Below the pieces are notes generated by a model, which was not told the DNA's origin, did no database searches, and was given only the letters and a program-made list of their open reading frames with translations. From Propionibacterium freudenreichii subsp. freudenreichii (GTDB lineage: Bacteria > Actinomycetota > Actinomycetes > Propionibacteriales > Propionibacteriaceae), in assembly GCF_000940845.1 (NCBI RefSeq), contig NZ_CP010341.1:570001-602000 (forward strand): a stretch of DNA of 32,000 nucleotides, written 5' to 3'. The number at the start of each line of letters is the position of its first letter. Within the stretch, counting starts at the first letter, position 1. A program made the translations under genes and the position numbers. Positions 27,696-32,000 of this stretch are shown here, one piece after another.

Positions 27696-28673
27696 TTGAC
27701 GCAGGCCGAGGACGAGGCTTTCGAGGCCTACGTCGGCGATCAGCTGGATGCGGTGGAACGGCGCCTCAGCGCGATCACGCTGACGGCAGCCAATCCCTTC
27801 CTGGCTGAGGCGGCCGAGCACATCATCGCGGCCGGGGGCAAGCGCTTCCGCCCGATGCTCGTGGCGGTCACCAGCCAGCTGGGGCCGCAGCCCAACGACG
27901 CGGCGGCGCAGATCGCGGCCGTCGTGGTGGAGCTGACCCATGTGGCCTCGCTCTACCACGATGACGTGATGGACGATGCGGCATTGCGCCGCGGGGTCCC
28001 CAGCGCCAATGCGGCGTACGGCAATTCGACCGCCATCATGGTGGGTGACTGGTTGTTCGCCCGGGCCTCCAACCAGGTGGCCACATTGGGCAACGACTTC
28101 GTGCGGATGCAGGCCGACACCTTCGCCGAACTGGTCACCGGCCAGATCGACGAGATGCGCGGCCCCCAGCCCGGTCATGACGCGATGTTGCACTATCTCA
28201 ACGTGGTGGCCGGCAAGACCGGGGCGTTGATCCGCACGTCGGCGGTGTTCGGCGCCATGACCAGTGGCGCAAGCCGTGAGGTGCTCGATGCGCTGGCGCA
28301 GTTCGGCATGCAGATCGGCGTGGTCTTCCAGCTTGCCGACGACCTGATGGACATCATGTCGGACGATTCCGGCAAGGCCCCCGGCACTGACCTGCGCGAG
28401 GGCGTCTCGACCCTGCCGACGCTCATGCTGGCCGCCAGCGAGGATTCCGACGACGATGAGCTGAAGTCGTTGATCGCCGGCGACCTGGCCGACGACGACG
28501 TGCTGGCGCGCACCCTGGCGATGCTGCGTGCCAACCATGTGATCGAGGAGGCGCGTGCAGATATCGTGCAGCGCGCCGAACTGGCCCGCAAGCAGCTGGA
28601 CCTGTTGCCCGATGGTGCCGCGACCCGCGCGCTGTCGCGCCTGTGCGATGAGGTGGTCAGCCGCTCGAACTGA
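27696..28673 (+). CDS. polyprenyl diphosphate synthase (long-chain, trans; menaquinone side-chain synthase)
   Basis: The track ORF 27552..28673 overlaps nuoN. The plausible start is TTG 27696, 6 nt after AAGGAG and 13 nt after the nuoN stop. The first Asp-rich motif is LYHDDVMDDAALRRG and the second is FQLADDLMD. Confidence 0.9.
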   Translation: MTQAEDEAFEAYVGDQLDAVERRLSAITLTAANPFLAEAAEHIIAAGGKRFRPMLVAVTSQLGPQPNDAAAQIAAVVVELTHVASLYHDDVMDDAALRRGVPSANAAYGNSTAIMVGDWLFARASNQVATLGNDFVRMQADTFAELVTGQIDEMRGPQPGHDAMLHYLNVVAGKTGALIRTSAVFGAMTSGASREVLDALAQFGMQIGVVFQLADDLMDIMSDDSGKAPGTDLREGVSTLPTLMLAASEDSDDDELKSLIAGDLADDDVLARTLAMLRANHVIEEARADIVQRAELARKQLDLLPDGAATRALSRLCDEVVSRSN

Positions 28674-28691
28674 GCACAGGGTCTGATCAGA

Positions 28692-28735
28692 GGCAGGAGG
28701 GGTGCCCCGACGAGCGTCGGGACACCCCTCCTGCC
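28692..28735. terminator. strong hairpin between convergent polyprenyl synthase and DUF805 genes (likely bidirectional terminator)
   Basis: GGCAGGAGGGGTGCCCCGAC-gagc-GTCGGGACACCCCTCCTGCC pairs at 19 of 20 positions with a 4-nt loop. It starts 19 nt after the stop at 28673. There is no T-tract (an I-shaped terminator type found in high-GC actinobacteria). Confidence 0.65.
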
Positions 28736-28793
28736 GTATCCGGGTCCTGTCGTATCCGGGTCTGCCGTATCCGGGTCCGGCCCTATCCTGGTC
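28731..28793. repeat. four tandem copies of a 15-16-nt unit (CTGCCGTATCCGGGTC)
   Basis: Units at 28731-28746, 28747-28761, 28762-28777 and 28778-28793; the fourth is degenerate. The first unit overlaps the 3' arm of the hairpin. Confidence 0.8.
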
Positions 28794-28802
28794 CGGCGCC
28801 GT

Positions 28803-29258
28803 TCAGCGGGTCGGCGTCAACGGTGTGTCGGGGTCGAAGGCCGCCCGCGGGTCATAGCGTCCGGGCCCGTAGCGGTTGGGGCCGAAGGTGCCCCCGATCG
28901 CCATGAACACCAGCACGATGAAGTTCCCGAAGCCGGGAATGAAGTGCAGCAACAACCACCAGCCGCTGCGGTCCTGATCGTGGAAGCGGCGGATCTGCAC
29001 CATGATGAACGGCAGCAACATCGCCAGTGAGAACACCCAGCCCAGCGCGTTGAACCAGACGTTGTGTGACATATACGCGTAGAACCAGCCGTCATCGGCC
29101 AGCGTCGTGTGGTCTCCGGTGAGCACCGCCAGCAGGCCCAACACGGAGTCGACCACCAGGATGAAGAACAGGAACCACCAGAACTCGGCGCGTCCGGATC
29201 GTCCGTTGGGGTTCACATAGTTGCGGAAGCAGCTCTTGATCGCTTCGAGGGGACTCAT
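28803..29258 (-). CDS. DUF805 domain-containing membrane protein
   Basis: 151 aa, with AGGAGAGG upstream. Family signatures: GRSGRAEFWWFLFFILV and QIRRFHDQDRSGWWLLLHFIPGFGNFIVLVFMAIGGTFGPNRYGP. Confidence 0.88.
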   Translation of the reverse strand: MSPLEAIKSCFRNYVNPNGRSGRAEFWWFLFFILVVDSVLGLLAVLTGDHTTLADDGWFYAYMSHNVWFNALGWVFSLAMLLPFIMVQIRRFHDQDRSGWWLLLHFIPGFGNFIVLVFMAIGGTFGPNRYGPGRYDPRAAFDPDTPLTPTR

Positions 29259-29330
29259 GGCCTCTCCTGTTCCTCGCGGATGAATTCGTCGGGAAGGACA
29301 GTTCGTTGGCCTACAACGGTAGAGGTGCGG

Positions 29331-30536
29331 TCACCGCCCGGTGACGGCGGGGGGCTCCTGCGAGTCGTCCCCGGATGGGGGTGGGGTGGCGTTCTTCGGG
29401 GGACGGGTGGCGCTGTCGGCGCCCGGTGATGCCCAGAACTGGTCGGGGTCAGTGGTCGGCACGGGCGTCGTGTCGCCCAGCACGACGGTGCTTTCGGACG
29501 CTGCCGTGTCGCCCAGCACCACGGTCTGTTCGGACGCCGCCGGGTTCTCCAGCCGAACCGTGTCGTCCTCGGCGCCATTGCGTGCGTCGTGGTGGGCACC
29601 GGTGTCCAGCAGCGTCGGCTCGGCGTCCTGCGGGCCGGGCATGAACGCGTCGCGGGAACCGGCGGGCTCCTGGGTCGGCTGGGCCTGGGGTCCCACCTGG
29701 GTGCCGGGGCGCACGGGGCTGGCGGGGTAGCCGTTCCCGCCGGTCGGGTAAGAACTCGCCGGGGGGAACGGGCTGGACTGGTGGGGTGCGGGATCGGGCC
29801 CGCCGGCCGGTGCCGCGGAGGGTTCGCCGGGTACATCGCGCGAACCATCGGGGTAGTAGCTGCGCGCATCAGGATCGGGCTGGGCGCCCTGCTGGCCGAA
29901 GGCCGGTGACGGCGGCACTGAGGCGTCCGGACGCCAGGCAGGGGCCGCCTGCTGGTGGCCGTAGCCCGGCTGGGCGTAGTCGGCCCGGCCCCAGGTCGAT
30001 TGCTCGTAGCCCTGGCCATAGGCCTGCTGGCCGAAGCCCGGGGCGTCCGGTTGGCCGTAACCGGGCTGCGGGCCGTATCCGGGCTGTCCGTAGGAGACGT
30101 CCGGGGCGGGCAGTGCATAGCCGCCCTGCCCCGGGCCGTACAGCGCCGGCCCGTAACCCGCGTCATCGCCCCATCGTGGATCGGGGCCGTGGCGGTTGGG
30201 GCCGCGCGTGCCCTCCAGGCACATGAAGACCAGCGGAATCACCAGGAAGAACAGGTTGAGCAGCACCAGCGCCCCCGACAGGTCCTGGTCATGGAAGCGG
30301 CGGGCCTGCACGCACAGCAGCGGAATGAGGCTCACCACATTGGCCACGAGGATGAGCAGGAACAGTCCTCCGCCCACCGGCGGCACCACGATGGAGACGA
30401 GCGTCGCGAGCAGGAAGGCGCCCACATTGCCCAGGAGCAGGGCCAGGTAGAAATACCAGAACTCTGCCCGACTGGCACGTCCATTCGGATCAGCGAACTT
30501 GCGCAGGCATGTGCTGACGGCTTCACCGAAACTCAT
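29331..30536 (-). CDS. DUF805 domain-containing membrane protein with long Pro/Gly/Tyr/Gln-rich C-terminal tail
   Basis: The start is ATG 30536 (MSFGEAVSTCLRKF), 6 nt after GAGGAG; the track ORF extends to 30599. Signatures: GRASRAEFWYFYLALLL and VQARRFHDQDLSGALVLLNLFF...GTRGPNRHGP. A low-complexity tail of about 275 aa stays in a high-GC3 frame. Confidence 0.85.
   Translation of the reverse strand: MSFGEAVSTCLRKFADPNGRASRAEFWYFYLALLLGNVGAFLLATLVSIVVPPVGGGLFLLILVANVVSLIPLLCVQARRFHDQDLSGALVLLNLFFLVIPLVFMCLEGTRGPNRHGPDPRWGDDAGYGPALYGPGQGGYALPAPDVSYGQPGYGPQPGYGQPDAPGFGQQAYGQGYEQSTWGRADYAQPGYGHQQAAPAWRPDASVPPSPAFGQQGAQPDPDARSYYPDGSRDVPGEPSAAPAGGPDPAPHQSSPFPPASSYPTGGNGYPASPVRPGTQVGPQAQPTQEPAGSRDAFMPGPQDAEPTLLDTGAHHDARNGAEDDTVRLENPAASEQTVVLGDTAASESTVVLGDTTPVPTTDPDQFWASPGADSATRPPKNATPPPSGDDSQEPPAVTGR
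29470..29541. repeat. 2 x 36-bp in-frame tandem duplication inside the DUF805 tail
   Basis: 29470-29505 and 29506-29541 match at 31/36 positions. They encode the duplicated peptide AASEQTVVLGDT / AASESTVVLGDT. Confidence 0.85.
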
Positions 30537-30623
30537 GTGGTGCTCCTCATAGTCGGAATGTGCGCGGACGACGCAGTCCCACGGCGGGGTGCCGCCCACG
30601 GGTCCTGAGGGGTGCGCGTCAGG

Positions 30624-32000
30624 CTACCAAATCTGCACGCGGTCACTCGGCTCCAGCCACATGGGATCTCCCGGCTTGGTGCCGAAGGCCTCGTGGAAGG
30701 CCGAGATATTGCGCACCACCTGGTTGCAGCGGATCTCGTCGGGGGAGTGCGGGTCAACGGCCAGCGATTGGCGCATCTGCTCGGGCCTGGTGGTGTCCTG
30801 CCACACCTGGGCCCAGCCCAGGAAGAGGCGCTGGGCGGCCGTATAGCCGTCCTGGGGCGCCGGCTCGACGCCACCCAACGAGAGCAACCAGGCCTGATAG
30901 GCGATGGACAGGCCGCCCAGGTCGCCGATGTTCTCCCCGATCGTCAGCTCGCCATTGACATGTACCTCGGGGCACACCGAGGGCGCCAGCTCGTTGTACT
31001 GGGCGATGAGCGCATGCGTGCGGTCCTCGAAGGCCTTGCGGTCGTCGTCGGTCCACCAGTTGCGCAGTCGTCCGTCACCGTCGCAGGTGGAGCCCTGGTC
31101 GTCGAAGCCATGGCCGATCTCGTGGCCGATCACCCCGCCGATGCCGCCGTAGTTCACCGCATCGTCGGCATCCACGTTGAAGAACGGGGGCTGCAGGATC
31201 GCGGCCGGGAAGACGATCTCGTTGCGCAGCGGATGGTAGTAGGCGTTCACCGTCTGGGGATACATGAACCACTCGTCGCGATCCACGGGCCCGGAGAGCT
31301 GCTCGATGGTGTGGTCGAATTCGAAGGAAGCGGCCCGCAGCACATTGCCGAGCAGGTCATCGGGGGCGATCTCCAGCGCCGAGTAGTCGCGCCACTTGTC
31401 GGGATACCCGATCTTGGTGCGGAACTTCGACAGCTTGTCCAGCGCCTCGGCGCGGGTGGCCTCGGTCATCCAGTCCAGGGTGCTGATCGACGCCCGATAG
31501 GCCTCCAGCAGGTTGCGCACGAGCCGATCGGCCGCAGCCTTGGTCTCCGGCGGGAAGTGCTTGGCCACATAGCGCTTGCCGATGGCCTCACCCAGCACGC
31601 CCTCGGTCACCGAGACGCCGCGCTTCCAGCGGGCACGCTGCTTGGGGACGCCCCGCAGCCCCTTCGAATAGAACTCGAAGCTCTGCGCGCTCAGGTCGCG
31701 ATTCAGATAGGGCGACAGGCCACTGACCACCTGCCAGCGCGCCCAGGCCCGCCAGCGGTCGAGGTTCTCGGGGATCACGAGCTTGGCGACGTCGCCCAGG
31801 AAGGTGCGCTGTGCGTTGACCACCTCGCTGACGGCCTCGCGCGGGAGTTCCGCGCCGGCCAGGAAGGAATCCCATTCCAGGGTGGGGGTGGCGGCGGTGA
31901 AGTCGTCCCAGGTCTGCGGGAAGTACATCTGGGTCATGTCGCGGGTGCGCACCTTGTCCCAGTGGCAGGCCGCGATCTGCTTCTCCAGCTCGAAGGCCAT
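30624..32000 (-). CDS. M13 family metallopeptidase (PepO/endothelin-converting-enzyme-like), N-terminus outside window
   Basis: Motifs: VNAYYHP, zinc site VIGHEIGHGFDDQG, third ligand GENIGDLGG, and a C-terminal ...RVQIW. Family members are roughly 650-700 aa, so the gene continues beyond 32000. Confidence 0.92.
   Translation of the reverse strand: MAFELEKQIAACHWDKVRTRDMTQMYFPQTWDDFTAATPTLEWDSFLAGAELPREAVSEVVNAQRTFLGDVAKLVIPENLDRWRAWARWQVVSGLSPYLNRDLSAQSFEFYSKGLRGVPKQRARWKRGVSVTEGVLGEAIGKRYVAKHFPPETKAAADRLVRNLLEAYRASISTLDWMTEATRAEALDKLSKFRTKIGYPDKWRDYSALEIAPDDLLGNVLRAASFEFDHTIEQLSGPVDRDEWFMYPQTVNAYYHPLRNEIVFPAAILQPPFFNVDADDAVNYGGIGGVIGHEIGHGFDDQGSTCDGDGRLRNWWTDDDRKAFEDRTHALIAQYNELAPSVCPEVHVNGELTIGENIGDLGGLSIAYQAWLLSLGGVEPAPQDGYTAAQRLFLGWAQVWQDTTRPEQMRQSLAVDPHSPDEIRCNQVVRNISAFHEAFGTKPGDPMWLEPSDRVQIW

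Noticed and set aside
10464-28538. Many long minus-strand ORFs (e.g. 10464-11648, 13656-14915, 15327-17156, 17153-18712, 18763-20289, 22584-24407, 25439-26461, 27654-28538) antisense to the reductase, nuo and prenyl synthase genes.
   Set aside because: Their translations are Arg/Gly/His/Asp-rich low-complexity strings with no recognisable motifs. The plus-strand frames carry unmistakable Nuo/Men signatures. Stop-codon-poor antisense frames are expected in high-GC DNA.
28731-28793. Considered whether the short tandem repeats could be a degenerate CRISPR array.
   Set aside because: The units are contiguous 15-16-mers with no spacers, far shorter than CRISPR repeats, and there are no cas genes.
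29255-30166. Alternative-frame 303-aa ORF across the DUF805 tail whose stop overlaps the downstream DUF805 start (ATGA at 29255-29258).
   Set aside because: The frame contiguous with the DUF805 domain has near-100% G/C at third positions where checked (29941-30000), and about 86% near its end. The alternative frame is lower (about 79%) and encodes an Arg/Pro/Thr-rich string. There is no evidence of a frameshift.

Overview
High-GC actinobacterial chromosome segment. Gene content and protein style look Propionibacteriales-like, but that is a guess. It is dominated by a conserved respiratory and menaquinone locus. In order: the 3' end of a CDA-fold deaminase gene, a PRC-barrel protein, an MFS transporter, a small PLDc_N membrane protein, menA, a TM0106-type RecB-like nuclease, menG/ubiE, an ABC ATPase translationally coupled to a 601-aa polytopic membrane protein, menF, a geranylgeranyl-reductase-family (MenJ-like) flavoprotein, the complete 14-gene nuoA-N operon, a polyprenyl diphosphate synthase, two tandem DUF805 membrane proteins (the second with a long Pro/Gly/Tyr/Gln-rich tail), and the 3' two-thirds of an M13 metallopeptidase gene. 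I saw no tRNA or rRNA genes, CRISPR arrays, IS elements or prophage signatures. Most of the window is ordinary housekeeping DNA, and I cannot point to a convincingly novel multi-gene system. The observations most worth a second look are: (1) an apparent frameshift in menF at a G6 homopolymer; (2) a 20-codon mini-ORF that bridges the only sizeable nuo intergenic gap (nuoD-nuoE) with ATGA overlaps at both ends; (3) the uncharacterised ABC-ATPase plus 12-TM membrane protein pair embedded among the men genes; (4) the lone Cas4-like/RNase-H-like nuclease apparently co-transcribed with menG; (5) several tandem repeats and palindromes in the divergent promoter regions; (6) the DUF805 pair with a repeat-bearing disordered tail. 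The many long ORFs antisense to real genes are high-GC artefacts.
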